DNA of 64,000 nucleotides from NCBI RefSeq assembly GCF_054482525.1, contig NZ_CM137006.1; one strand, 5' to 3'. Shown piece by piece: positions 45,893 to 60,000 of this stretch (position 1 is its first letter; each line of letters starts with the position of its first letter). The notes under the pieces were generated by a model. It saw only the letters and a program-made list of their open reading frames with translations, ran no database searches and was not told where the DNA came from. The position numbers and the translations under genes were made by a program.

Positions 45893-48051
45893 GCGGCAGA
45901 CCCCTTATTCTTCTCCTGCAACACTACCCGTCGCGTCGTGGGTTCGCCCTGTTCACGCAAAATGGCCTCTTTCGCGCCATCCATCACAATCCGCCCCTGA
46001 TCCATCACGATAATGCGGTCCACCAGTTGCAGCATCGCCGTGCGGTGAGTGGCGATGACCAGCGTGCGATGCCCAATCCACTGTTTCAGTTGTTCGATTA
46101 AATACGCTTCCGCCATTTCGTCCAGCGAGGCGCTGGGTTCATCGAGCAGCACGATATTGGGTTGAGAGATTAGCAGCCGCGCCAGCAGCAGCGTTTGCCG
46201 CTGACCACCAGAGAGGCCAAATCCCCCTTCCTGAATCATGTAGTTGAGGCCGTTTTTCTGCTTCTGCACAAAGGGCAGCGCCCCGCTGAGGGTTAACGCG
46301 CGTTCGATATCTTCATCGCTGGCTTCCGGCATCCCCATCGTCAGGTTTTCCCGCAGCGAGCCGAAGAACAGTCGCCCGGTCTGGCTGAGCAGCCCCATGT
46401 CGCGGCGCAGATCCGCCGGATCAAGCTGCCCGATGCTGATGTTATCCAGCAACACCTGCCCCTGCTGGGCGATACGCATTCCGGCGAGCATTTGCAGCAG
46501 CGTCGATTTACCCGCGCCGTTGCGCCCGAGAATGGCGATTTTCTCTCCGGCCTGAATGTTGAGTTTGCCAATCGCCACATCGGCAATCTTCTCTTCTTCG
46601 TCGTAATAAAATACCGCGTTGCTGAACTGATAATTGCCGTGCAGCACCGCTTTATGCACCAGTTTGCCGTGTTCCGGCTGATCCACCGGGCGCTTCATCA
46701 GTTCATCAAGGCCATTACGCGCTACTTTCGCCTGCTGCCAGCGCGAGAGCACGCCGGATATCTGCGACAGCGGCGCGATGGTGCGCGAAGCCAGGATCGT
46801 CGTCCCGACCAGCGCGCCGGTGGTCATGTCGCCGTTCATTACCATAAAGCAGCCCACCAACAGCACCACCACGTAGACGATGGACTGCACTTCCTGGGTC
46901 CAGGTGAGCAGTAGCCCGGTGAGAAAACGTTGCTTCATGCTGATGGACGAGGCCACGTCGTTAGTGTGATTCCACTGATTCTGAAAACGCTGTTCAGCGC
47001 GCAGCAGTTTAATGTCTTCAATCGACTGCACGGCTTCCACCAGCGTAGCGTTACGCACCGCCGACTCGCGCATCCCTTCGTTCGCCAGCCGCGCCAGCGG
47101 GCGTTGTACCAGCAGGCCGGGGATCACCAGCAAGGGCAGCGCCAGCAAAACCACCAGCACCAGCCAGCCGCCAATCATCCACAAAATAAAGACAAACAGC
47201 AGGAAGAACGGCAGATCCGCCACTGCACCAATAGTGGTGGAGGTGATCAGCTCCCGCACCGATTCCAGTTCGCGGATCTGCGAGATAAACGATCCGGTGG
47301 ATTTCGATCGCACGTTATTTTTCAGCCGTAATGCGTGACCAAAAACGCGATCCGAAATGCGCAGATCCGCCCGCTTGCCGATCACATCGGAAAGGTGCGT
47401 GCGCACCATGCGCATACAGAACTCAAACAGGATCGCCATCATCACCCCGGCGAACAGCACCCACAGCGTCGGGTACGACTGCGCCGGAACGACGCGGTCG
47501 TAAACCTGCATCGAAAAAATCATCGCCGCCAGCGCCAGCACGTTCGCCACCAGTGAGGCCAGCATAATATCGCCATAACGCCGCCAGTCTTTCAGCGACA
47601 GATTCCAGAACCAGTTCGCCTGATACGGGCGAATATAGTCATCCACGCGCGCGTCGGGGATGGCGCTGAGCGGGCGCAGTAGCGCCAGTTCGACGATTTT
47701 ATCTTCAATATCCGCGACGTTAAGCGTAGTTTCCAGCCCTTCGTCACCGCTGAACTGAATGCTGATATTGTCGTGATTGTCACGGCGGGTGATCACGCCA
47801 ATCTGCTGATTATCAAATACCGCGATCAGCGGCAGACGCCACGGGTTAAGCGAGTCGGCGGAGAACTCCACCAACCGTAACCCCATTCCCAACTGCCGCG
47901 CCATATCGGTGAGCAACTCTTCCCGCTTGCTGTCGCGCTCCCAGTTGACGGTCGCGCGCACGTTCTCCTGAGAAAAATCAAGGCGGTAATAACGCGCCAC
48001 GGCGATCATCGCCTCCAGCCAGGCTTCCACGGACTGGGCATTTTTTTTCAT
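45889..48051 (-). CDS. type I secretion ABC transporter (permease/ATPase, HlyB/LapB-like)
   Basis: 720 aa; N-terminal ~130-aa extra domain, 6-TM region, Walker A (GRNGAGKST), signature LSGGQRQ, Walker B (LLDEPSASLD). Confidence 0.9.
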   Translation of the reverse strand: MKKNAQSVEAWLEAMIAVARYYRLDFSQENVRATVNWERDSKREELLTDMARQLGMGLRLVEFSADSLNPWRLPLIAVFDNQQIGVITRRDNHDNISIQFSGDEGLETTLNVADIEDKIVELALLRPLSAIPDARVDDYIRPYQANWFWNLSLKDWRRYGDIMLASLVANVLALAAMIFSMQVYDRVVPAQSYPTLWVLFAGVMMAILFEFCMRMVRTHLSDVIGKRADLRISDRVFGHALRLKNNVRSKSTGSFISQIRELESVRELITSTTIGAVADLPFFLLFVFILWMIGGWLVLVVLLALPLLVIPGLLVQRPLARLANEGMRESAVRNATLVEAVQSIEDIKLLRAEQRFQNQWNHTNDVASSISMKQRFLTGLLLTWTQEVQSIVYVVVLLVGCFMVMNGDMTTGALVGTTILASRTIAPLSQISGVLSRWQQAKVARNGLDELMKRPVDQPEHGKLVHKAVLHGNYQFSNAVFYYDEEEKIADVAIGKLNIQAGEKIAILGRNGAGKSTLLQMLAGMRIAQQGQVLLDNISIGQLDPADLRRDMGLLSQTGRLFFGSLRENLTMGMPEASDEDIERALTLSGALPFVQKQKNGLNYMIQEGGFGLSGGQRQTLLLARLLISQPNIVLLDEPSASLDEMAEAYLIEQLKQWIGHRTLVIATHRTAMLQLVDRIIVMDQGRIVMDGAKEAILREQGEPTTRRVVLQEKNKGSAA

Positions 48052-48054
48052 TAT

Positions 48055-51000
48055 CTACACCACCATCAGCTGATGATTCGCCAGCAAAGTGGCAAGGTCG
48101 GTATGCACGCCCGTCAGCGTGACCACGTTAGTTGCCGCAAAAGTGCCGCCCGTGCCGTCGCGGTCGATCTGCACGATGGTGTCGCTGCCGCTCTGGGTGA
48201 CTTTGACAAAATCACCGATGTTTCCGGCCTGCGCATCCAGCGTTGCCACGCCGTTGACGTAGCTGGCTTTGCCGTTGCCGGTGTAGCCGCTGCCCTGTAA
48301 CAACTCGCGGATATCAATGCGATCGGTGTCGGCGGTGCCTTCCCATGTCCCTACCGTAAAGCCATTCACCACGTCTGAGCCGTTGCCGCCGGTCGCGTCG
48401 CTGGCGTTGAGCAGTTTATAGAGCAAGGTGTCGTGGCCGCCGTTGCCGATGTTGAGCGTGTCGTTACCGCCGCGCCCTTCCAGTTGGTTATCGCCGCTGC
48501 TGCCGGTCAGAGTGTCGTTAAAATTCGAGCCGGAAATGCCTTCGATATTGGTAAATGTCGAGGTGTTAAAGCCAGTAGCCTGCGCGGCGGTGCTGCTTAA
48601 GTTCGCGGTCACGCCCACCGTCGAGAGGCGGAAATCAACCACGTCCATCCCGCCATTCGCCAGCCACGTTCCGGTGCCGGAGCTGTACACCCAACCGCCG
48701 GAGCCGTCGTAAGTGTCGGTGCCTGCGGTGGCAAAGAAGGTGTCGTTATAGCCGGTGCCGACGAACTTGCCATTGTTGCTCGCGGTGCCTGCTTCGGCGC
48801 TGAGGTCGTAAGCGTGGGTGGCATCGGTGGCCTGTAAGCCGCCCCAGCTGGTGTTGACCGTCTGGTCGATATTGCTGGCGGTGGTGCCGGTGGATTTGAT
48901 CAGCACCGCGTTGTAGGTTTCTCCGGCATTCAGCCCGTAGAAGTTGACCAGCGCCGAGGTGTCGTTAACCCCCATACCCGACTGCGGGTTGATGATTTGC
49001 GTGGCGACCAGCACTCCCGCCGAGTTGTACAGTTTTACGGTATTGCCGTAATAGACGTTAATGCCGTTAGGATCGGTGATGCGCAGGTGCAGCGAAGTGC
49101 CGTAGCTCACCGTGTTGGTGTTGCGAATAAGATAGACGCTGCCCGACTGTTTAGTCACCAGCACATCCACCGCGCCGTCCCAGTCGTAGTCCATTGCCGC
49201 CACGCCGCTGGTAGTGCCGCTCTGACTGCTTCCGAGGGCCGATTGTGTCCAGTTGCTGGCACCACCAACGTTGGTGTAAAGATACGATTGTCCGGTCTGG
49301 GCGATACGGGCGATATCCATCAGGCCGTCATGGTTCCAGTCCACCGCCAGGCTAAACTGGCTGGCGTAGGTGGTTGCCGTAGCCCCCACCGCCACCGGAC
49401 TGCCCAGCACGCCGTTGGTGTTGAATAACAGGGAGCCGTAGTTAGCTCTTCCCTGGCTGGCGGGCAGGAAGAGATCCATATCGCCATCACCATCGAAATC
49501 CGCCCAGGTCATGGAGACAGACGTCGAGTTACCACCGCTGCCCGCCGTGCTGAGGAAGGTGTTAATGGTGTTCTGCCCCCAGACAAACGTCCCATTCCCC
49601 TGGTTGATGAGCGAAGATAGCGTGTAATAGTTGTTCAGGTTGTAGGTGTGCTGAACCAGGTCGATCCTGCCGTCATTGTTCAGATCGACGCCAGAACCTT
49701 CGTTGAGCGAAAGATACCCCGTCACCGCCCCGCCCACCGTGGCGCTACCGCCGCTGTTCGACGTAGTGGAGTTACCTACCAGCGTACCTGCGTTGTTCCA
49801 CAGGAAGGTGTTGGAGTCCGGCCCGCCCGCGTCGCCAATCCAGAAGTCGAGATAGCCGTCGCCCTCTTTATCAAATGCCACAATCGAGCCATACCACGTC
49901 AGGGTGCCGACGGTGACCTGAATAGCGCTGGAAAAGGTGCCGTCGCCGTTATTGGTAAAGCCGTTGATATAGCCTGTACCGTAGTCATCACGGGTGATAA
50001 ACAGATCGCCCGTGCCGTTACGGTCGTAATCGGCGATGGAGCTGGTGGCGTAGTTGTTGCCGCTCTGATACAGCGTCAGCGCGGTCTTCGACCAGGTGAG
50101 TGGGTCAGTCGATTGCATTACCTGCTGGTTTGCCAGCACCGTCCACATCCCGTGCGAGTCGAGGCCGTAGGTCAACCCCCAGGCGGTGGTTTTGCTGGCG
50201 GTAGTCCAGGTCGGTGTGTAATCAATCGCCGCGTTAACCGTCACCGTGCCGTTGCTAATATTGGCGTTATTGCCGTTGCCCGCCGAGCTTTTTACCTGCG
50301 CAGTAACGGTATAGGCGGTCGCGGAAACTGTCAGCGCATCGGTATCCGGCAACTGTACATACCAGGTGTTGTGCGCCGGGTCGACCACCACCGCACCGCC
50401 CGGTTCAGAGGTGTAGGTTTTGCCGTTGATCACCACTTCAACATACTGCCCGCTGGCGAGTGCCGCCGTGATTACGCCGCTGATAATCGGCGTGGTATCG
50501 CGCGTGGTTTGATTAGTGATTTGCGCCAGCGTGGTCGGAATAGAGGTATCAACCGTCAGGACAAAGTCACTGGAGGAGGTGATATTCCCCGCCAGATCCA
50601 CCACTCGCGCACTGTAGGTATAGGCACCACTGACCAGGCCACTGTCGCTGTAGGTCCAGTTCAGTGCGCCGACCATCGTCACCGCACCTAACAGCAGGCC
50701 GTTGCGGTAGAGGTAAACGACTTCACCGCTGGCGAGCGGCGCGGAGAGCACGCCGTTCAGCAACGGCGTGGTGTCGTCGGTGGCCTGCGAACTGCTTAAT
50801 GTCCCCTGCCGCTGCCCGACATCATCGGTATACGACACAATGGTCGGCGTGGCGGTAGGGTTAATCGTATCGACCACCACCGTTTTCGACACCACCGGGC
50901 CAGTATTCCCCGCCAGATCCAGCACCCGCACCTGATAAACATAGCTGCCGTCGGTCAGCGTGCGGCTGTCAGTGTAGGTCCACTGCGTGCCGTTGGTGGT

Positions 51001-54000
51001 GAGTGTGATCCAGGTCGCGCCGCCATCGAGGCTAATCTGCGCCACTTCGCCGCTGGCAAGCCCCACCCCCAGCGAACCGGTTAGGGTGAGCGTGGTGTCA
51101 CTGGTGATAAAGTCAGTTGCCGAACTCCCCGTGTCGGTGCTGATGCTGGCGATGGTGAGCACCTGCGCCGGGTTAACGGTGTCAATCTGCGCCGACTGGC
51201 TGCCGGTTGCGCCAACGTTGCCCGCAAGATCGACTACCCGCACCTGCCAGGTGGTGGTGCCGTTGGTGAGCGTACGCCCGTCAACGTAACTCCAGTTAAG
51301 GCCGTCTGCCGCCAGCGTTACGTTCACCCAGGTTGCACCGTTATCGGTACTGATTTGCGCGAACTCGTTAGCGCCGAGCGCTGCGCCCAATACGCCGCGC
51401 ACGGTAAGCGTGGTGTCGCTGGTAATAAAATCGCTGCTGCTGGCTCCGGTGTCATCGCTGATGCCGGTAATGGTGATACTTTTCGCCGCTTCCGGGCTGG
51501 TGGTATCGACCACCACGTTTTGCGTCGCCGTCTGCCCGACGTTCCCCGCCAGATCCACCACCCGCACCGTGTAGTTCCAGGTGCCGTCGGTCAGTGTGCG
51601 ACCATCGGCATAGCTCCAGTTGGTGCCGATAACGGTTAAGGTGGTCCAGGTAACGCCGCCGTCGAGGCTGATTTGCGCCCGTTCATCGGCGGCCAGCGCC
51701 GCGCCGAGCGTGCCGCGCACGGTCAGCGTGGTATCGCGAGTAACAAAATCGCTGCTGCTTAACCCGGTGTCATCGCTGATGCCCACAATGGCGATGGTTT
51801 TGCTCGCCAGCGGCGCGGTGGTGTCCACAGTGACTATCTGGCTGGCGGTCGCGCCGATATTTCCGGCGGTGTCGATCACCCGCACCTGATAGTTGTAGTT
51901 GCCGTCGCTCAGCGTGCGCCCGTCAAGATATGTCCAGGTTAAGCCGCTTACCGAAAGATTCTGCCAGGTGGTGCCGCCGTCGATGCTGATTTGCGCGAAC
52001 TCACCGGCAGAAAGCGCCGCGCCCAGCGTGCCGCTCACCGCAAGCGTCGTGTCGCTGGTGACAAAATCGTTAGTGATCAGGCCCGTATCAGTGGTGATCG
52101 CGCTGATGGCGATGGTTTTTACTGCTGGATCTGGCGCGATGGTGTCGATCACCACGTTCTGGCTGTCAGTGGCACCGACGTTGCCCGCCGCGTCAATCAC
52201 CCGCACCTGATAGAGATAGTTGCCATCGGTCAGCGTGCGGCTGTCGTTATAGCGCCAGGTCGTGCCGGTAACGGTGAGCGTGGTCCAGGTTACGCCGCCG
52301 TCGATACTGATTTGTGCCGTCTCGTTACTGGCAAGCGCGGCGGTGAGCGAGCCGTTGACCACCACCGGGCTGACGCTGGTGATAAAGTCGCTGGCGCTAA
52401 GCCCGGTGTCGGCTTGCAGGGAATCGATATTAATGCCCATCGCCGGAGCGCTGAGATCGACGGTAATGGTGTGATTGCTGCTGCCGGTGTTGCCAATGGC
52501 GTTGCTCACCGAGGCGTTAATCACGTAGGCGTTACCGTCCGCCAGCGCGGTGACATCGGCGCTGCCGAGGGTGTAGCTCCAGCTACCGCCCGTCTGCACC
52601 GTGGTGGTGTAGGTTTTGCCGTTTAAGGTCAGGGTCAGCGTCTGCCCGACTGGGGCGGTGGTGGTGCCGCTGATCACCAGCGACGAGCCGTGCTCCGCTG
52701 CATTCACCACATCATCACCCGCAAAGGTGTTGATGGTGACGGTAGGCACATCGCCGTTCAACGTCACGCCACGGCTGGCGCTGCCGGAGTTTCCGGCCTG
52801 ATCGCTGACCGTCGCGCTAATGGTGTAGCTGCCGTCGCTTAATCCGGCAAACTGCTGCGCCGGAATAAACACCGACCAGCTTCCGCCGCTGCCGACCGTG
52901 GCGGTCCAGGTTTGTCCGTTAAAGGTGACCGTCACCGTCTGGCCCACTTCGGCGGTGGTGGTGCCGCTGATGGTCTGCCCGGCGAGCTGTTCGGCGTTGT
53001 TGATAATATCGTCACCCGCCACCGTGGCGATGGTGACCGTGGGCGCAACGGTATCGACGGTCAGGGCGTGCGTGGTTTGACCGGGATTGCCCGCGCGATC
53101 GTTCACGCTGGCGGTAATAGTCTGCGCGCCCTGCCCGAGCGCGGCAAGATCCGCCGCAGGCACGTTAAGCGCCCAGGTGCCATTGGCGGCAACCGTGGCG
53201 GTATAGGTTTTGCCGCCAAAGGTGACGGTGACCGTCTGCCCTACTTCCGCGCTGGTCGAGCCGTTAAGGGTTAACGGCTGCTGTTGTTCGGCGGCGTTGA
53301 GTCGGTCGTCCGTCGAAACGGTGTTAATGCTGATAACTGGCGCGGTGAGATCCACCGCCACGCTGCGCGAAGCCGTGGCGCTGTTTCCGGCGCTGTCCTG
53401 CGCAGAGGCGCTAACCGTGTAGCTGGTGCCATCGGCAAGCGCCGCAACGTCTGCCGCCGGCACGTTCACGCTCCAGCTCCCGTTGCTCTGAATGGTAGCG
53501 CTATAGCCTTTGCCGTTAAGCAACACGGTCACCACTGTACCTGCGGCAAAGTTCGTTCCGGTGCCGCTCAGGGTCAGCGCACTGCCTGCTTCGGCGGCGT
53601 TAATAATATTATCGCCGCTGATGGTGCTGACCGAGAGCGACACTGCCGCCGTGTTCACCTGCACGTTGTGCGTCTGCGTGCTGCTGTTGCCTGCGCTATC
53701 GGTGACAGTGGCGCTGATAGTCACTGTGCCGTCCGCAAGGCCGGAAATCACGCTGGCAGGCACGCCGACGCTCCAGTTGCCGCTGGCATCGGTGCTGGTG
53801 ACATACTGCTGCCCGGCGATGGTCACCACCAGGCGGTCGCCCGCCACCGCGCCCGTGGCGGTGCCACTGATAATCTGCGCCTGAGTGTGTTCGACGTTGT
53901 TAATCACATCATCGCCCGCCACAGTGTTGAAACTGATCACCGGCGCAGTGGTATCGACGGTCACGCCTTTGCTGGCGCTGCCAGGGTTACCCGCCTGATC

Positions 54001-57000
54001 GCTGACCGTGGCGGTCAGGGTGTAGCCGTTATTGGCAAGCGCGGTTAAGTCGCTGGCGGGCAGCGTTAAGCTCCAGCTGCCGTCTGCCTGCACCGTGGTC
54101 TGGTAGTTAGTGCCATTAAGCGTGACGGTGAGCGTCTGCCCGGTTTGCGCCGTGCTGGTGCCGGACACCGTTACGCCCGCCGCCGCTTCGCTGGCATTGA
54201 TGATGTTATCGCTGGCAATGGTGTTGATGGTCACCGTTGGCGCGGCGCTATCGACGCTGTATTCATGCGTTGCCGTGGCGCTGTTGCCGTTGACGTTAGT
54301 CACCCGCACCTGGGCGCTGGCATCGCCGTCACGCAGGGCCGCCATATCCGCCGCCGGAACGGTGGTGCTCCAGCTACCGTTTGCCGCCACCGTGGTGGTG
54401 TAGGTTTTACCGCCAAAAGTAATGGTAACGGTTTGCCCCGCTTCGACGCCGGACGTGCTGCCGAAGAGCGTTAGCGCCGCGCCTTTTTCGGCGGCGTTAA
54501 TCACATCATCGCTGGTGATGCTGTTTATGCTGACGGCGACGGTAGTGAGATCAACAGTCAGCGGATGGGTAATGCTGGTTTGCGTTCCGGCACTGTTCGC
54601 GCCGCTAACGGTAATGTTCAGCGTTCCCGCAGGCCAGTTGCTGACATCCGCCGCAGGAACGCCGACGCTCCAGCTGCCGTTTGCCAGCACCGTGGCGGCG
54701 TAAGTTTGGTTATTAATCACCACCGTCAACGCCGTACCTGCGGCAAAACCGGAACTGCTGCCAGTAATCACCTGCGCCTGGGCGTGTTCGATAATATTCA
54801 CCACATCATCGCCCGCGACGGTATCCACCCGCAGGCCGGGTAGACTGGCATCGATGGTGATATCGCGCGTGCCGCTACCGGTGTTGCCAACGGCGTTGGT
54901 CACCGAGGCGTTAACCGTTAACTCACCGTTACCCAGCGCCTGCCAGTCGGCGGCAGGTACGCTCACATTCCAGCTTAAATCAGCCTGGACGGTGGCGGTG
55001 TAAGTTTTACCGCCCAGTTCAACGGTGACGGTGCTGCCCGCCGCCGCACCGGTTACCTGGCCGCTGATAGTTTGCGCGCTGCCTGCTTCTGCGGCGTTAA
55101 TAATATCGTCCGTCGTTACCGGATTAATGGTGACGCTCGGTAGCGCGGTATTGACCTGCACGTTATGGCTGGCGGTGCTGCTGTTGCCCTGGGCGTTGGT
55201 GACGCTCGCCGTCACGCTGTAGGTGGCTTCGCCCAGCGCACTGACAGCCGAGGCGGGCACGGTTACGCTCCAGTTGCCGGAGGCGTCGGTAGTGGCGCTG
55301 TAGTTTTGTCCGTTCAGCGTAACGGTGATCGCCGTACCCGCAGGTTGATCGCTGGTGCCGGAAAGCGTCAGATCAGATCCTTTTTCCGTCGCGTTGATCA
55401 CATCATCGCCCGCGATGGTGTTGATGCTAATCACTGGCGCGCTGAGGCTGACGGTCACGGTGCGGCTGGCGTCGTCGCTATTACCCGCCCGATCGCTGAC
55501 GCTGGCTGTGATGGTCTGCGCACCGCTACCGAGTGCCGCAACATCCGCCGCTGGAACGCCAACGCTCCAGTTGCCGGAGGCATCCAGGGTGGTGGTGTAG
55601 GTTTTGCCGTTGAGCACAACGCTCACCACATCGCCCGCTTCCCCGCCCGTGCTGGTGCCGGAAATCACCAGCGCCTGAGCGTGTTCAGCGTCGTTGATGA
55701 TGTCATCGCCTGCCACGGTGTTAATGGTAAGAACCGGCGCGGTGGTGTCTACCGCCAGATTATGGCTGGCGCTGCCGGGGTTGCCCGCTTTGTCGTTGAC
55801 CGTGGCGCTGACGGTATAATTGCTTGCACTTAGCACGCCCAGGGCTGAAGTGGGAACGCTGACGCTCCAGCTACCGTCCGCCTGCACATTACCGCTGTAG
55901 GTTGCGCCGTTAAGGGTGACGGTCACCGACTGCCCGGTTTCGGCGGTGCTGGTGCCGCTGATGGTGAGCGGATTTCCGGCTTCTGCGGCGTTAAGAATAT
56001 CGTCGCTGGCAATGGTGTTAATGGTGAGCGTCGGTGCGCTGGCGTCAACGCTATACGCATGGGTCGCCGAGGCACTGTTACCGCTCGCGCTGCTGACACT
56101 AGCCTGCACGTTCGCCGCGCCGTCTGGCAGAGTTGCCAGATCTGCCGCTGGAACGTTCACACTCCAGCTACCGTTGGCGGCGACGCTTGCAGTGTAGGTT
56201 TTACCGCCAAAAGTGACGGTAACGGTTTGCCCGCTTTCAATTCCGCTGGTGCTGCCAGAAAGGGTCAGGTCGGCACCTTTCTCGGCGGCGTTAATTACGT
56301 CATCGCTGGCAACGGTGTTGATGCTGATTGCCACCGCCGTTAAATCGACGGTGAACGGATGGCTGACGCTGACCGGGTTTCCGGCGCTGCTTTGCCCGGC
56401 TACCTCAACGGTTAACGGCCCCGCAGGCCAGGCGCTGACGTTTGCCGCCGGAATGCCGACGCTCCAGCTCCCGTCCGCCTGTACCGTGGTGGAATACGCC
56501 ACACTGTTGATGGTAACCGTCAGCACAGCACCTGCATTCAGGCCGCTACTGCCGCCGGTGATCACCAGCGCCTGCCCGTGCTCGATACTGTTGACGATAT
56601 CATCGCCCGCCACGGTATCCACGCGCAGACCCGGCAGGTTGGCATCAATGGTGATATCCCGCGAGCCGCTGCCAGTGTTGCCATTCGCGTTGGTAACCGA
56701 AGCGTTAATGGTCAAATCGCCATTGCCCAACGCCTGGAGATCGGCTGCCGGAACGCTGATACTCCAGCTTAAGTTGCCCTGTACCGTGGTGGTGTAAGTG
56801 TTGCCGCCCAGCGTGACGGTAACCGTATCGCCAGCGGCGGCACGAGTGACCACCCCGCTGATGGTTTGATCGGCCCCGGCTTCGGCGGCGTTGATAATAT
56901 CATCGCCCGCCACGGTGTTGATGGTGACGCCCGGCAGGCCGCTGTCGACCAGTAAATTCGCCTGGCTGCTGGCGGTGTTGCCTGCCGCACTGGTGGCGCT

Positions 57001-60000
57001 GGCGCTGACGGTATAGTTGGCCTGGCCTAATGCCGCCAGATCGCTCACCGGAACGGTTAAGGTCCAGTTGCCCGCCGCGTCGGTGGTAGCGCTGTAGTTA
57101 TGGCCGTTGAGCGTGACGGTGACCTGCGCGCCCGTCGCCAGCCCCGTACTGCTACCGCTAATGGTCAACGGCTGGCCTTTTTCATCGGCGTTCAGGACGT
57201 TATCGCCGCTGATGGCGTTAAAGGTAATTGACGGCAGGCCAGTATTGACCGTCACCTGATGCGTAGCGCTGCCGCTGTTTCCGGCGGCATCGGTGACGCT
57301 GGCGTTAATTGTCACCGTGCCGTTCGCCAGCGCCGAGACGACGCTTGCCGGAACGCCGACGCTCCAGTTACCGCTGGCATCCAGCACGGTGGTGAAGGTA
57401 TTTGTGCCGATAGTCACCGTCACGGTGCTACCGGTTGCCGCACCCGTGGCGGAGCCGCTGATGATCTGCGCCTGGGCGTGTTCCGTCGCGTTGATCACAT
57501 CATCGCCTGCCACCGTGTTGATGGTGACGACCGGAACGGAAGTATCCACCGTCAGGTTGTGATTAACCGAGGCCGGGTTTCCGGCTTTGTCGCTCACCGC
57601 CGCGCTAACGGTGTAGTTGCTGGCGGTCAGGGCGCTTAAGTCGGCTGGCGGTACGCTGATGCTCCAGCTGCCGTCCGTCTGTACGGTGCCAGTATAGTTT
57701 GCACCATTGAGGGTGACGGTCACCGTCTGCCCCGCTTCCGCCGTGCTGCTGCCAGTGATGGTCAGCGCCGCTCCGGCTTCGGCGGCGTTAAGAATGTCGT
57801 CGCCCGCAATGGTGTTAATGGTCACCGTTGGCGCGGTAGCATCGACGCTGTAAGCGTGGGTAGTGGTGGCGCTGTTGCCGTTAACATTGCTGACTCTGGC
57901 CTGTGCGCTGGCATCGCCATCACGCAGGGCCGCCATATCTGCCGCCGGAACCGAGGTGCTCCAGGAACCATTCGCAGCCACCGTGGCGCTGTAAGTTTTG
58001 CCGCCAAAGGTGACGGTGACCGTTTGCCCGGCCTCCACACCAGAAGTGCTGCCAGAGAGCGTTAACGCCGCGCCTTTTTCGGCAGCGTTAATCACATCAT
58101 CGGCGGTAATGGCGTTGATGCTGACGGCAATCGCCGAGAGATCGACAGTCACCGGATGCGTAACGCTGACCGGATTTCCGGCTGTGGTGCTACCGCTCGC
58201 CGTAATCGTGACCGTCCCCGCAGGCCAGGCGCTGACATCCACCGCCGGAACGCCGACGCTCCATGAGCCATCCGCCAGCACCGCCGCAACATAGGTTTGC
58301 CCGTTAATGGTCAGCGTGACGTTACTGCCCGTCGCCAGACCGGAACTGCTGCCGGTAATCACCAGCGCCTGCCCGTGCTCGATAATGTTGACCACATCAT
58401 CGCCCGCCACGGTGTCAATCCGCAGACCGGGGAGATTCGCGTCGATGGTGATTTCGCGCGTGCCGTTGCCGGTATTGCCTACGCTGTTCGTTACCGAAGC
58501 CGAAATGGTCAGTTCACCGTTGCCCAGCGCCTGTAAAGCGGCTGCCGGAACATCGACGCTCCAGCTTAAATTCGCCTGCACCGTGGCAGTGTAAGTCGCC
58601 CCGCCGAGCGTGACGGTTACCGTGTCGCCCGCTGCCGCGCCCGTCACCTGCCCGCTGATGCTCTGGCCCGCGCCCGCTTCGGCAGCGTTAATAATATCGT
58701 CGCTCGCGACAACGTTAATGGTGACGCCCGGCAGCGCGGTATTAACCTGCACGTTATGGCTGGCGGAACCGCTGTTGCCATCAGAGTCAGTAGCGGCGGC
58801 GGTCACCGTGTAAGTGGCTTCACCGAGGGCGCTCACCCGTGACGCCGGAACGGTCACGCTCCAGTTCCCGGAAGCATCGGCAGTGGTGGTGTAATTTTGC
58901 CCGTTGAGCGTAACGGTAATCTGCGTGCCCGCAGGCTGGTTACTGCTGCCGGAAATCGCCAGATCTGCACCTTTCTCCGTGGCGTTGATGATGTCGTCGA
59001 CGGCGATGGTGTTTATGGCGAGCACGGGTGCGCCGAGCGCCACGCTGACAGTGTGCGAGGCTGTGCCGCTGTTGCCTGCGGAGTCGGTAACCGTGGCGGT
59101 AATGGTGACATCACCCTGCGCCAGTGCGGAAATCACGCTGGCAGGCACACCGATGCTCCAGTTGCCGTTGGCGTCCAGCACGGTGGTATACGTGTTGCTG
59201 CCAATGGTCACTGAAACCGTGTTACCCGTCGTCGCGCCCGTTGCCGAGCCGCTGATAATCTGTGCCTGTCCGTGTTCAGTAGCGTTGATGATGTCATCAC
59301 CCGCTACCGTGTTGATGGTAACGACCGGCGCAACAAGATCCACCGTCAGGTTATGCGTCGCCGAGGCCGGATTTCCGGCTTTGTCGCTGACCGCTGCGCT
59401 CACCGTATAGGGGCTGGCAGTGAGGTTAGCTAAATCGCCGGTCGGGACGCTGACGCTCCAGCTTCCGTCTACCTGCACGTTGCCGCTGTAATTAACGCCG
59501 TTAAGTGTCACGGTCACCGTCTGCCCGGCTTCTGCCGTGCTGGTGCCGCTGATGGTCAGCGCCGATCCCGCTTCGGCGGCGTTAAGAATATCGTCCGTGG
59601 CGATGGTGTTGATGGTGACGGAGGGTGCAGTGGCATCAACGCTGTATGCATGCGTTGCCTGGGCACTGTTGCCAGCGACATTGCTGACGCTGGCCTGGAC
59701 GTTTGCTGCGCCGTCCGGCAAGGTTGCGAGATCGGCGGCTGGGATCGTTAGCCCCCAGGTGCCGCCCGTGGCAACCGTGGTGGTGTAGCTTTTGCCGCCG
59801 AAGATAACGGTGATGGTCTGCCCCGCTTCCACGCCGGAGGTGGTGCCGGAGAGCTGCAAATCGCTGCCTTTTTCGGCGGCATTAATTACATCGTCAGTGG
59901 AAAGTGTGTTGATGATAATCGCCACGGTAGCGAGATCGACCGTGACCGGATGAGTAATGCTGGTTGTGGTTCCGGCGGTATTCGTGCCAGAGACGGCAAT

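Noticed and set aside
45275-46000. 241-aa plus-strand ORF antisense to the HlyD-like gene
   Set aside because: Antisense overlap; the minus-strand MFP gene is supported by domain architecture and operon context.
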